From: a virus
DNA length: 64,000 nucleotides
IMG/VR virus record: IMGVR_UViG_3300014720_000019
Coordinates: 32,001 to 96,000 of that record
Strand: one strand, 5' to 3'
This document shows positions 17,374 through 27,988 of the stretch, one piece after another. The position numbers were made by a program, and so were the translations under genes. Position 1 is the first letter of the stretch, and every line of letters starts with the position of its first letter. The notes beneath the pieces were generated by a model that made no database searches, was not told where the DNA came from, and saw only the letters and a program-made list of their open reading frames with translations.

Positions 17374-20132
17374 GAATCCCAGAAGTAATATTTAATGAGA
17401 CACCATCATTAGGTGCCCCTATAAACACCTCAGCAGCTAATAGAGTTGCCATTATTGGTGAGTTTACAAAGGGCCCTTTAAACACAGTACTTCTTTCAGA
17501 CTTTAAAGACTTTGCAAGAATATATGGATATGATACAGGTGTTGCCAATCAATCCTTTCAAGCAGCATATGATCAAGGTGCTAGAGAGTTTGGTATTAAG
17601 AGAGTTATTGGTAAACCAGTAGCACCAAAGATTGATTTATTGATTGGTGGAGTTGCTACAAAGGCTAACAATCTAACAATTAATTTAAAGTTTATTGGTC
17701 AACCAGTAAGCACTGCTACTAGTTACATTGAAACGTTTATAGTATCATCTGGCAGTTATACTGGAACAGCAGATAAGAGATACTTGTTTAAAATAACACA
17801 GGGGCCAATCACTCTAAATGCTACATACAATCAAGCAACATCTGCTACTACTATTACAACATCTATTGCTAATGCTGAGAAGGTTGTAATTGGATCTAAG
17901 ATTGTAAGTACTGAGTCAGGAGTATTAACAGCACCTACAACTACAACTGTAACAGCCGTTGATCCTCTAACTGGTGTAATAACATTATCAGCACCGTTAG
18001 TAACAGTAGTTGCTGGTTATGGCAGCTTTACACTTACTAATAAAGCAACATTAAAATGGGTTGTATTACCCATAACTCAATACCCATTTGCTACTAACTT
18101 ACCTATTGTTACTTGGGGTAATGATAGTGCTGATATTCCAACATATGTTGACACTACTGGAGCAACTATAAGTGGTGCTGTCTTAGGATCAACATTAGAT
18201 CTAACAACTGATGCTGGTGTATTCAAGTCAATAGCAGAAGGTATATCTCTTAAGTTTAGTACAACTGGAGTACCCATTGAGTTATATCCTGGTGAACAGT
18301 TTACTGTTAGAGTTAACTCAACTGAGTATTCAGTACCAGTTGCACAAGGTGCTACAGCATCAGATGTTATTAACAACATACAAGACTTAGTAGGCGGTGT
18401 AACCCCTATTGGTATTATTGACAGACTGCCAAATGAACAAGGTGCAAGACTATTCTTATCAGAGGATATTATCAACCAACCAACTGAGTTTTTTGATCTA
18501 GATGAGCCTGACAGAGTAACAATTGCAAGTGGCTATAGCTTATGGGTTGACTTAGATGAGGCAGACGGCCAAGTAGTTACTACAGGTTCAGCAACATCTG
18601 GCTCCACATCATTGACCGTAGCAGATGCAACTAACATATCTATTGATTCAATTGTTACTGGTACTAGCATCAGTCAAGGCACTACTGTTATTAGTAAATC
18701 TGGCAATGTATTAACTTTAAGTGATCCAGTTGCTGCTAACATTGTTGGCGCATCTATTACATTCTCCAACCTAAATGGTATTAACTTTAGTAACTATACA
18801 AGCCTAAATAAGACTGGTTTCTCAGCAACATCAAACAATGCTAGAAATGCCTTCTTAACAACATACACTGCTGATGGGTTTCCTCTCATTAGATTCACAG
18901 CTATTAGTCCTGGTCAATGGGGTAATAACTTAGCACTTACAATTAATAGCACAGGTAATAGTAAGTTTACAGTTGTAATTGAAGATAAGAATGACAATAC
19001 AAATGATAAGCAGATTGAATCATTTAGTGTTGACTTGTCTAGAGACGTAGCAGCAGATGGATCAATCACATCAATTGCATCTAGTTATGTCATTGCTGAC
19101 TATCTACCAGTGTCAACAGGTAGTAATTTATTCCCATCACAAATTGTAACAAGAACACCACAAAGATTAGCACCAGCTAACCTATTTATTACTGATACAA
19201 ATGACATTAGACATATTAATTATGTTGGTAATTCTAAGCTTACTAACTTGTTCTTGAAGAAGGGCTATGATGGTCCCCTACCAACAGAGAATGACTATGT
19301 ATCCGCAGTGAGATCATTGGCAGAACAAAGAGTTAACTTTATTGTTGTTGCTAGTGAGTTAGGTGCTAGGACAAGTGTAAGACAAGCACAGTTAGCAGTG
19401 GCTAATAACAGTGGTGAGTTAGAAGGTAGAAAGATTGCAATCTTAACCTCTACTAGAAGCCTAACACCTGGTTTAGCAAGAGTTGAGACTGCTGGTATTA
19501 ACACTGAAAGAGGTGTATATGTAGCAGGTTGGGCAACCTATGGTGGCTCTACTAATACTGGCAGATTCAGCGTTCCATTGTCTGCATTCTATGCAGGTAA
19601 GTTGAGCTATATTCCTGAGAACATAAGCCCTGCTGCTAGAAGAAGTGCTGGCTCTATTCAAGGTGTAATTGAGACTGACTTAGATGGTTACATATCTACT
19701 AGTGCCAAGCAACAATTCATTGATGCTAAGGTTGATATGATTGCTATTGACCCCGCCTTAGATGGTTATTATGTAATACAAGGTAGAACACTAACAAATG
19801 TTACTGGTAAGGATAACATCAATCTAGTTAGAATTAATGACAGGATTAGAAGAGACTTGTATACTAACTTACAAAGCTATAAAGGTGAGACAAACTCTAG
19901 AGTTATTAGAGGACAAATAGCCTCTGCTATATCAGCTTATATGACATTACTACAAAGAAGTGGTTATATTAGTTCCTACAATCAGCCAGTAATTGATGAG
20001 ACTAATAACCCTGCTAGTGCATACTTTACTGGCACCTTAAATATAGCCTTATCATACACACCAATATATCCAATTGGCTTAATTGTGATTACATTAACCA
20101 GAGATGTATCTGGTAGCGTTCAAATAGGTTAA
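17370..20132 (+). CDS. Tail sheath protein
   Basis: PEVIFNE, AIIGEFTKGPLN, FARIYG, AISPGQWGNNL, VPLSAFYAG, INLVRIND and IDETNNP. Confidence 0.95.
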   Translation: MRIPEVIFNETPSLGAPINTSAANRVAIIGEFTKGPLNTVLLSDFKDFARIYGYDTGVANQSFQAAYDQGAREFGIKRVIGKPVAPKIDLLIGGVATKANNLTINLKFIGQPVSTATSYIETFIVSSGSYTGTADKRYLFKITQGPITLNATYNQATSATTITTSIANAEKVVIGSKIVSTESGVLTAPTTTTVTAVDPLTGVITLSAPLVTVVAGYGSFTLTNKATLKWVVLPITQYPFATNLPIVTWGNDSADIPTYVDTTGATISGAVLGSTLDLTTDAGVFKSIAEGISLKFSTTGVPIELYPGEQFTVRVNSTEYSVPVAQGATASDVINNIQDLVGGVTPIGIIDRLPNEQGARLFLSEDIINQPTEFFDLDEPDRVTIASGYSLWVDLDEADGQVVTTGSATSGSTSLTVADATNISIDSIVTGTSISQGTTVISKSGNVLTLSDPVAANIVGASITFSNLNGINFSNYTSLNKTGFSATSNNARNAFLTTYTADGFPLIRFTAISPGQWGNNLALTINSTGNSKFTVVIEDKNDNTNDKQIESFSVDLSRDVAADGSITSIASSYVIADYLPVSTGSNLFPSQIVTRTPQRLAPANLFITDTNDIRHINYVGNSKLTNLFLKKGYDGPLPTENDYVSAVRSLAEQRVNFIVVASELGARTSVRQAQLAVANNSGELEGRKIAILTSTRSLTPGLARVETAGINTERGVYVAGWATYGGSTNTGRFSVPLSAFYAGKLSYIPENISPAARRSAGSIQGVIETDLDGYISTSAKQQFIDAKVDMIAIDPALDGYYVIQGRTLTNVTGKDNINLVRINDRIRRDLYTNLQSYKGETNSRVIRGQIASAISAYMTLLQRSGYISSYNQPVIDETNNPASAYFTGTLNIALSYTPIYPIGLIVITLTRDVSGSVQIG

Positions 20133-20152
20133 TAATACAGAGTAAACAATAA

Positions 20153-20968
20153 ATGTTAGACATATATAAAGCGCCAGTTAATAATGTAATATTAGATCCC
20201 ATTCAAGGCTTTGACATTGCTGCTTGGTTACAAGACTCAGCAACAGGTCAGATAGCCTTGTTTGGTGACTTTCAATCTATTACATTAACTATTAGAGATA
20301 GTACTGAAACATATTTACCATTAGGTACAAGATTCCCAGTTTATCTAAATGGTGAAGTTCAAATAGCTTTTGTTATTGAGCAAGGTCTAGTTGATATGAA
20401 CTTCATGCAAAGAACCTTTGGCGTTCAGAACATGGTAAGAGAGCAACTAGTAACAAGAGGCCCTAGATTCCAACTAACCTTTGATGCTAATGCTTATGAA
20501 CTAGCACAGAATTACATTGGACAAGGAACCACAGCCCCAGGCATTCAATATAGAGGTGGTGGAACTTCATTCAATCAGATTGTAGGTGGTTCTAATGCCA
20601 GCTTTGCAATAAACAATTTAACACTTGATCCATCAGCTACTAACGCTTCAAGTGGCATTAACAATCAAGCTTTACCAATCACACAAGGTAGATATGAGTT
20701 ACAACGCTGTAAGATTGACTCTCTATCAGTTGGTATCATGCCTGGTAGAAGGGTAATTGCACAACGTTGGGAGGGAGTAGCAGAAGGTATTAGATTTATA
20801 CCTCAGTCACTTCAAGACTTTAGAAGTCAAAATGGTGGTAGAAGTCCAGCCTTTAATGCTCCTAGTGGCACCGCTCTTAGCTCCAATTCTAATATTCCTC
20901 TAACATCTGGTGGTTTAAGACCTCAAGTATTTGGTGGAGCAGGTGGTGGACAAAGCCCAACTATCTAA
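20153..20968 (+). CDS. Tail tube protein
   Basis: Follows the sheath; beta-rich FGDFQSITLTI...YLNGEVQI...GRYELQRCKIDSLSV...WEGVAEGI. Confidence 0.85.
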   Translation: MLDIYKAPVNNVILDPIQGFDIAAWLQDSATGQIALFGDFQSITLTIRDSTETYLPLGTRFPVYLNGEVQIAFVIEQGLVDMNFMQRTFGVQNMVREQLVTRGPRFQLTFDANAYELAQNYIGQGTTAPGIQYRGGGTSFNQIVGGSNASFAINNLTLDPSATNASSGINNQALPITQGRYELQRCKIDSLSVGIMPGRRVIAQRWEGVAEGIRFIPQSLQDFRSQNGGRSPAFNAPSGTALSSNSNIPLTSGGLRPQVFGGAGGGQSPTI

Positions 20969-20990
20969 ATAAAACAAACAAACAAACTTA

Positions 20991-21047
20991 TAAACAAAAT
21001 AAAACAGTGTTATTATTAAAAGTAGTAACACTGTTTTATTTTGTTTA
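20991..21047 (+). terminator. Long terminator hairpin after tail tube
   Basis: 22-bp perfect stem taaacaaaataaaacagtgtta / taacactgttttattttgttta. Confidence 0.85.
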
Positions 21048-21054
21048 ATTAACT

Positions 21055-21513
21055 ATGAATATTAATACAGATAGAAAGATTATTGTATATACAAATATAA
21101 ATGACAAGATTGATATTGTGGGCAGTTTTAATGTATTATCTGTAACACTAAGATCTGCTAATAAACAAGATCAATTATATTATAAAAACGATAATTATAT
21201 TCCTCTAATAGGAGAAGATATAGTTGCATTTGTATTAGAAGATGGATATTTAGATGTAGAGTATAATTATAGTTTTAAAGTAGTAAATGGAGAAATTATT
21301 AGATCACCTAGGTTTAATATAACTTTTAACTCCTCACCACTAAATCTAGCAACATTTAAACCATTAAATAATAACAAAGGTAGATATGAACTAAGAAGGT
21401 GTAAGTTCGGTAGTTTTATTAATGGTAACTTAGAAGGTGTATCTGATCATTTAAAATATATAGAAGATGAAACAGTAGAACAATTTATAGAAAGGGCCAA
21501 ATCTAATGACTGA
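21055..21513 (+). CDS. Short divergent tail-tube paralog 1
   Basis: GSFNVLSVTLR, LIGEDIVAFVLEDGYLD, RSPRFNITF and GRYELRRCK align with the tube protein. Confidence 0.8.
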   Translation: MNINTDRKIIVYTNINDKIDIVGSFNVLSVTLRSANKQDQLYYKNDNYIPLIGEDIVAFVLEDGYLDVEYNYSFKVVNGEIIRSPRFNITFNSSPLNLATFKPLNNNKGRYELRRCKFGSFINGNLEGVSDHLKYIEDETVEQFIERAKSND

Positions 21514-21946
21514 ACAAATAAAAGATCCAAGAACAAGTTGGGAGATATATGGTTATACAACAGACCCAACAAACAATAAACAGGAGGTTGTTTTATATGG
21601 TATGGAGTTTAAGTTAGACCAACTAAATAAAACAATAACAATAGAGAGATGTTTAGTATCACAAGATATATTAAAACACTTTAAGGTTAAGAGAGAAGAC
21701 TCTGAACAAATAAGTAACCCACCATTATTTACACTTACAACTGAACAGTATTATGTAGAAGATCTTAGAGGCTCTATTATAAATGGTAGGTATGAACTAA
21801 CTAACTGTAAGATAAAGATACATAAAGTGTCTTTAATGCCTGGTAGAAGGGTTATAGCTTATGATGTTACTTGTACTTATGATGAGATGATATATTATAA
21901 AGAATCAGTTGAAACCTTTATTGATGAGATATTAGCCATTAATTAA
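21506..21946 (+). CDS. Short divergent tail-tube paralog 2
   Basis: GRYELTNCKI and MPGRRVIA are shared with the tube protein. Confidence 0.8.
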   Translation: MTEQIKDPRTSWEIYGYTTDPTNNKQEVVLYGMEFKLDQLNKTITIERCLVSQDILKHFKVKREDSEQISNPPLFTLTTEQYYVEDLRGSIINGRYELTNCKIKIHKVSLMPGRRVIAYDVTCTYDEMIYYKESVETFIDEILAIN

Positions 21947-21966
21947 GCACACAATATATAACTTAT

Positions 21967-22003
21967 AAAGACTGTACTATATACTAATAAGTACAGTCTT
22001 TTT
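21967..22003 (+). terminator. Rho-independent terminator
   Basis: aaagactgtact / agtacagtcttt stem followed by a T-run. Confidence 0.8.
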
Positions 22004-22036
22004 ACATATAAACATATACAACTAATAGGAGAATAG

Positions 22037-24583
22037 ATGGCTAAGTATTATGAGGATGCAGCATCAACACCAGTGTTTGCAGTCACCTTTGTAAGTAATA
22101 GAGATGGCATTGTTAATAGCACAGATGGACAAGTAACAACTAGTAATAATACTAATACAAACACACAAAATAGCAATCAAGCTAAATCAATAGAAGATAT
22201 AACTAACGCAGATTATAAATTCTCTAGTGATAGCATTAAACAGGGTTACTTAGTAAAAGTTGATAGAGTAAATAGGTTTAAGTCTCAGGTTATTGATCAA
22301 TTTAAAAGACAGGGAAGAACAGTAACATCTAACTTTAAATATGTAGCAGGTCTTACACCAGAGATTGAGGAATTTCAAGGCTTTTCTTTAGATGATTTAA
22401 GAGCTGATTTATTTACATATGTTGATACTAATATGAAAGGTTATTTACCTAGTAACGTTACTGCTGCTACTGCGGTTGAACAAGATATAAAATCTAATAC
22501 AGCATCAAAGATAAAAGACACTGAATACTTAATCTACTCTAACTTACCCATTGTTAATGTTGGTGGGTCTGACTTATCACAGCAATCTAATTGGTACCTA
22601 ACAGAAGCAGAGGTAGAGCTAACTAGAGATTGGCCCATTTGTAAGGCTAAGTTAGTAGTAACTTGTAAGCTTAATGATGATGGCACTATACCCTCTATAG
22701 TAGAGGTTGAGAAGGGCTTTACATATGGTAGAGAAAACAATCAATTAACACTATTAAAGAACAATGAAGGCCGCCTCTTATCAGCAGATGATGAAGTAAG
22801 AATATATGCTGGATATAAGAGTGAACCCTGTATAAGTATGAATGACTTAGACGACTATCCTTATAGCTTTTCTACACTAAAAACAAATAAACTTGATCCA
22901 GAGAAGGACAAAGATACTATTAAAGAAGTACAATCTTTACAAAAACAAAAAGAGGCAATACAAGATGAAATAAACAAATTATATAGTATAAACTTACCCT
23001 TTATTGGAGATGCAAAAGGCAGAGAGTTATTTGGTAATAATGAAAAGTTATTAAAGGATTTAAATACTAAACTACAAGAGCTTGAGCTTCAGATTAATAA
23101 CTTACAAAGAGATAAAGGTATTCAAAAAGCAGATTATACAGCAGATAAAGACAAACTAGCTCCTATATTCTGGGGATTCATAGACACTGTTGACTTCATT
23201 GGCAGTGCTAATTCAATACAAATCATATACAACTTAAGAGATAGAAGTAGAATACTAGCTGACACTAAGCTTATAACACTACCCTATTTAAATGAGAATA
23301 AGGGTGAAAGAGGTACCTTTGAAGGGCTTAGACATAAGACATTAGAAGGTGTATATAGAGCTGCTAATGGTGGCATATATCTTGATAATAATTATAAGTC
23401 AGCATCAGGATTAGAATGGAGAAAGGGCTTTAATGTTGGAGAGGTCATAACATTATATGATAATAAGATTGACTTAAATGATCCTGATAAGAAGAGAAGG
23501 ATTAATGATCAAACTGCTACCATACAAGAGATATATACAGACGCATTAGCAGAGCAAAGAATTAAGTATGCAGCAGCAATAGAAGATCCTAGTAGATGGG
23601 TAATAGCTAATACATTCTTATCATCAACTGATATTAGTAGTAACAATTATAATGACTATGATCCTTTGTTTCATATATGGACATTAATGCCGCCCCTTGT
23701 AAGTGGTAGTGGTGCTACTAACATGCAAATAATTAATAAGAGTCCGTTTGAGATATTAGGTTATATGCAAGTAACAGAGGTTATGCCTATTGACTGCTAT
23801 GCATCACATGTTAATGGGCATTTTATATTTGGCCCAAGGATACTTGATACTAGTGGCTTAGATGATCCAGATAGAGGTAATAGAACGTACTTCTTCTTTG
23901 ACTGTTTTGACAAGTTACCAGAGTCAAGATCATTGATTAAAAACATAAGAGTACAAACAAGTACTATTGGTGTTTATAACAGATTTACAGTGGCTAGTGC
24001 TGACTTTAACAATGCTACTAACGCATCACTTGGGGACCTATTAAGTATTGTTGATATTACACCTGTTAATACTAGAAATAGAAAGGTGCCAATCAAGCAA
24101 CATATTATAACTGATCCTAAGATTGCAAAGGAGAATAATAAAGAAGGGGCAGCACAAGCCTTAGCACTAACAACAGCATCTAACATGGCTAGAGACAATA
24201 CTACAATCATATTTAAAGTGTTAGGTGATTCATCCTTCTGTCCAGGTGAAGCTGTTAGAGTGTTTAACACTGTACTTCATAGTAAGAATGTATTTACATT
24301 TAATGGTCAAACAGCAACATCATCTGCCTTCTTAAAAACCTTATACGACAAAGTAGAAGAGCTAAAGAAGAAGAATGGTGTTAAACAAGTTGATGGTAAC
24401 AAGAAGATTGCTAACTTATCTCAAGTGCTAGAGGAGATTAGAAACAATAGTGGCGCTCTTACTGATGATTTAAACAACGCATTACCAATGTATAAAGTAA
24501 GAGCCATTACACACTCATTAAAAGCAACAGGTGCTGATGCTGGCTTCATTACAAAGATAGTAGCCATTGCTGACATTATATAA
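22037..24583 (+). CDS. Putative baseplate hub (gp27/gpD-like) with coiled-coil insert
   Basis: DEVRIYAGY, PIFWGFIDTV, LRDRSRILAD, VLGDSSFCPGEAVRV and YKVRAITHSL...GFITKI. Confidence 0.7.
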   Translation: MAKYYEDAASTPVFAVTFVSNRDGIVNSTDGQVTTSNNTNTNTQNSNQAKSIEDITNADYKFSSDSIKQGYLVKVDRVNRFKSQVIDQFKRQGRTVTSNFKYVAGLTPEIEEFQGFSLDDLRADLFTYVDTNMKGYLPSNVTAATAVEQDIKSNTASKIKDTEYLIYSNLPIVNVGGSDLSQQSNWYLTEAEVELTRDWPICKAKLVVTCKLNDDGTIPSIVEVEKGFTYGRENNQLTLLKNNEGRLLSADDEVRIYAGYKSEPCISMNDLDDYPYSFSTLKTNKLDPEKDKDTIKEVQSLQKQKEAIQDEINKLYSINLPFIGDAKGRELFGNNEKLLKDLNTKLQELELQINNLQRDKGIQKADYTADKDKLAPIFWGFIDTVDFIGSANSIQIIYNLRDRSRILADTKLITLPYLNENKGERGTFEGLRHKTLEGVYRAANGGIYLDNNYKSASGLEWRKGFNVGEVITLYDNKIDLNDPDKKRRINDQTATIQEIYTDALAEQRIKYAAAIEDPSRWVIANTFLSSTDISSNNYNDYDPLFHIWTLMPPLVSGSGATNMQIINKSPFEILGYMQVTEVMPIDCYASHVNGHFIFGPRILDTSGLDDPDRGNRTYFFFDCFDKLPESRSLIKNIRVQTSTIGVYNRFTVASADFNNATNASLGDLLSIVDITPVNTRNRKVPIKQHIITDPKIAKENNKEGAAQALALTTASNMARDNTTIIFKVLGDSSFCPGEAVRVFNTVLHSKNVFTFNGQTATSSAFLKTLYDKVEELKKKNGVKQVDGNKKIANLSQVLEEIRNNSGALTDDLNNALPMYKVRAITHSLKATGADAGFITKIVAIADII

Positions 24584-24610
24584 AGTACAACAGTAATAAG
24601 AACAATATAA

Positions 24611-24657
24611 GTAGTATTAACACATGTTTATATATAACAACTATGTGTTAATACTAC
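24611..24657. repeat. Intergenic 15-bp inverted repeat without U-tract
   Basis: gtagtattaacacat / atgtgttaatactac. Confidence 0.8.
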
Positions 24658-24678
24658 AACAAATAATAAATAAAACAT

Positions 24679-25866
24679 ATGCTAGAAAACCCCTTATACA
24701 ATCCTGGTGGATACTTTACAAACCTACAATCATTTGCTGCCATATCTAACAATTGGACATCAATTGGAGAGATAGTTAACTTAACAGATGATGGTGAGTA
24801 TCAGAGCCACTTAATACAAAGATATGATGTGCAAGTATATAACATGGGAGGAATGATAGTTAAGGGTTGTATACCAGTAACTAATAACTTCAGTGGTAAC
24901 GGTGTAGGTGAATATGCAACTTATAAGGTGGGTGATGCGGTTATAGTCACATCACTATATGGTAGTTATGACAGCGTTGTAATATTGGGTGCTGTATCAC
25001 TTCCTGGTAACATGGATGTCTTCATGGGTAAAGACACAGAGAGATATAAGTTAAGACAACTACAAGCTGATAATACATACGCACCACAGCCTCTAATAAC
25101 ACCTGATAGAGCACAAAACCCATCAGCCAATAAGATAGCTATTACATCTACTCAGATGGATAAAGATAGTTATAAGAATACAGACTTATTAAAATCATCC
25201 AGTGATAGAGTGTCACTTGTTAGAGAACAAGGACTACCTAATGGCATTGAAGTTGATAGTGGATTAGGTGACAAGGGTACATACTTTAGAGGTGTTGAGT
25301 ATAAGTATATAAATGGTAACTACTATCAAATTGTGGTAGCTGATAAGGAGGACAAATGTGCTAAATCAACTAAGGTTGCAATGGTAGCATTAGACAAGGC
25401 TAAGAAGCTAAAAGAGTTAGGCGGTCAACCTAGAAATAGTAACAGTTTAATTGATACTAGATATAGAGCAGAACAATATCAAAGACTACATGATATAGCA
25501 TTAGAGACTGCTAAGAAATGTAATACAAAGGCAATAGCAACTAAGCAAGCAATTAATAATGTAACAACTACAAACACTCCTACAAGTGGCACCAAAGTAC
25601 CAGCTAACTACAAACCTAATGAGAGTAAGTTAGATGTTAAAACATCAGAGCCAAGATTAACACTAACTAGAGATCAAGTTATAGGGTTTGTATCTAATAA
25701 GCAATGGAATAATAGTTTACCTAAAGATCAAGAGATAGCCGCTATAAGAACTTTATATTTATACTATGGATTAAAAGATGATACAAAAGGACAAGTGACT
25801 CAACCTCTAATTGATAAGATATTAGCAGATCCTGACTATGCAACTTATAAAAAGACTAATAAATAG
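24679..25866 (+). CDS. Baseplate spike protein (gpV/gp5 OB-fold-like N-terminus)
   Basis: GVGEYATYKVGDAVIVTSLYGSYDSVVILG; follows the hub gene. Confidence 0.65.
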   Translation: MLENPLYNPGGYFTNLQSFAAISNNWTSIGEIVNLTDDGEYQSHLIQRYDVQVYNMGGMIVKGCIPVTNNFSGNGVGEYATYKVGDAVIVTSLYGSYDSVVILGAVSLPGNMDVFMGKDTERYKLRQLQADNTYAPQPLITPDRAQNPSANKIAITSTQMDKDSYKNTDLLKSSSDRVSLVREQGLPNGIEVDSGLGDKGTYFRGVEYKYINGNYYQIVVADKEDKCAKSTKVAMVALDKAKKLKELGGQPRNSNSLIDTRYRAEQYQRLHDIALETAKKCNTKAIATKQAINNVTTTNTPTSGTKVPANYKPNESKLDVKTSEPRLTLTRDQVIGFVSNKQWNNSLPKDQEIAAIRTLYLYYGLKDDTKGQVTQPLIDKILADPDYATYKKTNK

Positions 25867-25879
25867 AGTAACAAATAAC

Positions 25880-26293
25880 ATGTTTATAGTAGTACTACAT
25901 CAAACAACATCAAGTGCTAAAGACTTCTTACAAGCAGCACCAACAGCGCCATTCTCATATCATTTATTCATTGATATTAATGGTAATACAACATACTTAG
26001 TTGAATCATCTAGACAAGCAAAAGCCTGTGCTAATTGTCTAGTAGATGGTATAACTAATGTGGATCAACAATCATATCAGATATGTTTTGAGTCAACAGA
26101 TGGCACCTTATCAGGCCCTCAATATATGTCACTTGGTTATATATTATCTCTATTAGATATAAGACTTAATAATGTATATATACACTCAGAGATATCACCA
26201 TCTAATGACTTGAAGCTAATTGATAAGGATAAGATTATAAAGGCTTATAATAAGTTCTTACCTAACAAGACTATATATACAGGATTAGAGTAA
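25880..26293 (+). CDS. N-acetylmuramoyl-L-alanine amidase-like (Amidase_2) protein
   Basis: VVLHQT, SYHLFIDING, ICFE and YIHSEISP; likely start ATG 25880. Confidence 0.7.
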   Translation: MFIVVLHQTTSSAKDFLQAAPTAPFSYHLFIDINGNTTYLVESSRQAKACANCLVDGITNVDQQSYQICFESTDGTLSGPQYMSLGYILSLLDIRLNNVYIHSEISPSNDLKLIDKDKIIKAYNKFLPNKTIYTGLE

Positions 26294-27435
26294 TGGCTAG
26301 AACAAGAAAAGACTATGAGGCCCTATTAACTAACACCAATGTTGTTGCATACTTAAATGCTATTAGCAAAGTAGAAGCACCTACATACTATACTGCTAAT
26401 GGTGGAACAACATATGTACCAACAAGTCCTGCTCATCCAAATGTAATTATTCCACCTGGAACATCAGCAGCATTTGGTAGATATCAATTTGTGCCTGGAA
26501 CGTGGAGTGAAATACAAGCTGGATTAGGACCTTTAGATATAAGAAAACCAAGAGATCAAGATATAGCTGCATTATATAGAATGGATTCTCTTAGGGGTAC
26601 ATTAGATAATGTGATAGCTGGTAATTGCATTGCAACACTTGATAGTAACTCAGAAGAATGGGCAGCACTGCCTAACTCTTCTTCTGGCTTTGCTTATAAG
26701 GGTCAAGGTAGTCAATATGATGCTCAATCATTTTGTAAGTTAGTTGATAGTTTAAAAGGAACAACATTACCAGGAGGGCCTCTTGTTAACAACAACACAC
26801 CCACCCTATCTAACAGTAATACTAACAACAACTTAAGTAATCAAGGTAGTACCAACTTTGCAGATATAACATGTCCACCTATTAAAGAGGATGATTTATA
26901 TAGAGCTAACTTTCAAATAAGTAATCCAGGATGTAAGATAACAGGTTTAATACAACCATTAACAGGAGGATCAACTAATGGGGCCACAGTTAGAAGTAAT
27001 AGTGTAACTAATAGTGGTGTTGGCTTCTCTATTAATAAGCAAGGCTTTGGTAGTTGTACCAGTCTAAGAAGTCCATGTAACTTATCGGAGGTTGTATTTA
27101 CATCTGGTTATGGGTGGAGATGGGGTAGAATGCATAATGGAGTTGACTTAGCAGGGCCAATTGACACACCAATATATGCAGCATCTAATGGTAAGGTTAT
27201 ATTTGCTGGTTGGCAAGATGGATATGGTAATAGAATAGAGATTATGAGTCCTGAGAACATAAGAACAACATATAGCCACTTAGAAGCTTTTAAATGTGTA
27301 GAAGGACAGCAAGTACAAGTAGGACAACAGATTGGTGACATGGGTAGTACTGGCTTTTCAACTGGACCACATTTACACTTTGAAGTTGACTTAGGTGCTG
27401 GTTATATTGATCCACAAGAATGTATTAGATTCTAA
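26293..27435 (+). CDS. Lambda-type lysozyme fused to M23 metallopeptidase
   Basis: SAAFGRYQF, QDIAAL and EWAALP; M23 motifs HNGVD, YSHL and STGPHLHFE. Confidence 0.92.
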   Translation: MARTRKDYEALLTNTNVVAYLNAISKVEAPTYYTANGGTTYVPTSPAHPNVIIPPGTSAAFGRYQFVPGTWSEIQAGLGPLDIRKPRDQDIAALYRMDSLRGTLDNVIAGNCIATLDSNSEEWAALPNSSSGFAYKGQGSQYDAQSFCKLVDSLKGTTLPGGPLVNNNTPTLSNSNTNNNLSNQGSTNFADITCPPIKEDDLYRANFQISNPGCKITGLIQPLTGGSTNGATVRSNSVTNSGVGFSINKQGFGSCTSLRSPCNLSEVVFTSGYGWRWGRMHNGVDLAGPIDTPIYAASNGKVIFAGWQDGYGNRIEIMSPENIRTTYSHLEAFKCVEGQQVQVGQQIGDMGSTGFSTGPHLHFEVDLGAGYIDPQECIRF

Positions 27436-27477
27436 TAATAATTAATAATAACTAATTAATAATAACTAATAATAACA

Positions 27478-27984
27478 ATGAACTACATAGAAACAGAAGC
27501 ATATTCTAACTGTTGTACTGAGTGGCAGTTTTATTACAATAAGATATTAGGAGACGCTGGCATAACACCTCTTAAAAGAGACCTAATAACCTATCTTATA
27601 ACTCCTACATATTATAATGACAACACTGTCTATTTTGATTATAGAGGCTCTATAATCAACACTCTTATAACATCTAATATTACTAATTATAAGACTGCTT
27701 CATCTTATGTATTACAAATGAAACAAGATGAGGATAATTATATATTTAACACCTATCCAACTAAGAATGAATACTCAATATATGATGTTATATTCTTAGT
27801 TGCTAGGATTAATAACTGGTCAATAGATGGTCAACTGTTATTAGATATAAGGGCCACTCAATACAATACAAATTTAATAATAACTAATAAGTATGAAGCA
27901 TTAAAACAATTAGATATATATTTAAATACAAATATAGCTGACACTTTATTTGGCTTATATCAAAGAACATACATAATAAGATAA
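27478..27984 (+). CDS. Hypothetical protein
   Basis: 168-aa ORF within the operon. Confidence 0.65.
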   Translation: MNYIETEAYSNCCTEWQFYYNKILGDAGITPLKRDLITYLITPTYYNDNTVYFDYRGSIINTLITSNITNYKTASSYVLQMKQDEDNYIFNTYPTKNEYSIYDVIFLVARINNWSIDGQLLLDIRATQYNTNLIITNKYEALKQLDIYLNTNIADTLFGLYQRTYIIR

Positions 27985-27988
27985 CAAC

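Noticed and set aside
27434-27477. taattaataataac micro-repeats as a CRISPR or regulatory array
   Set aside because: Low-complexity slippage with no spacers.
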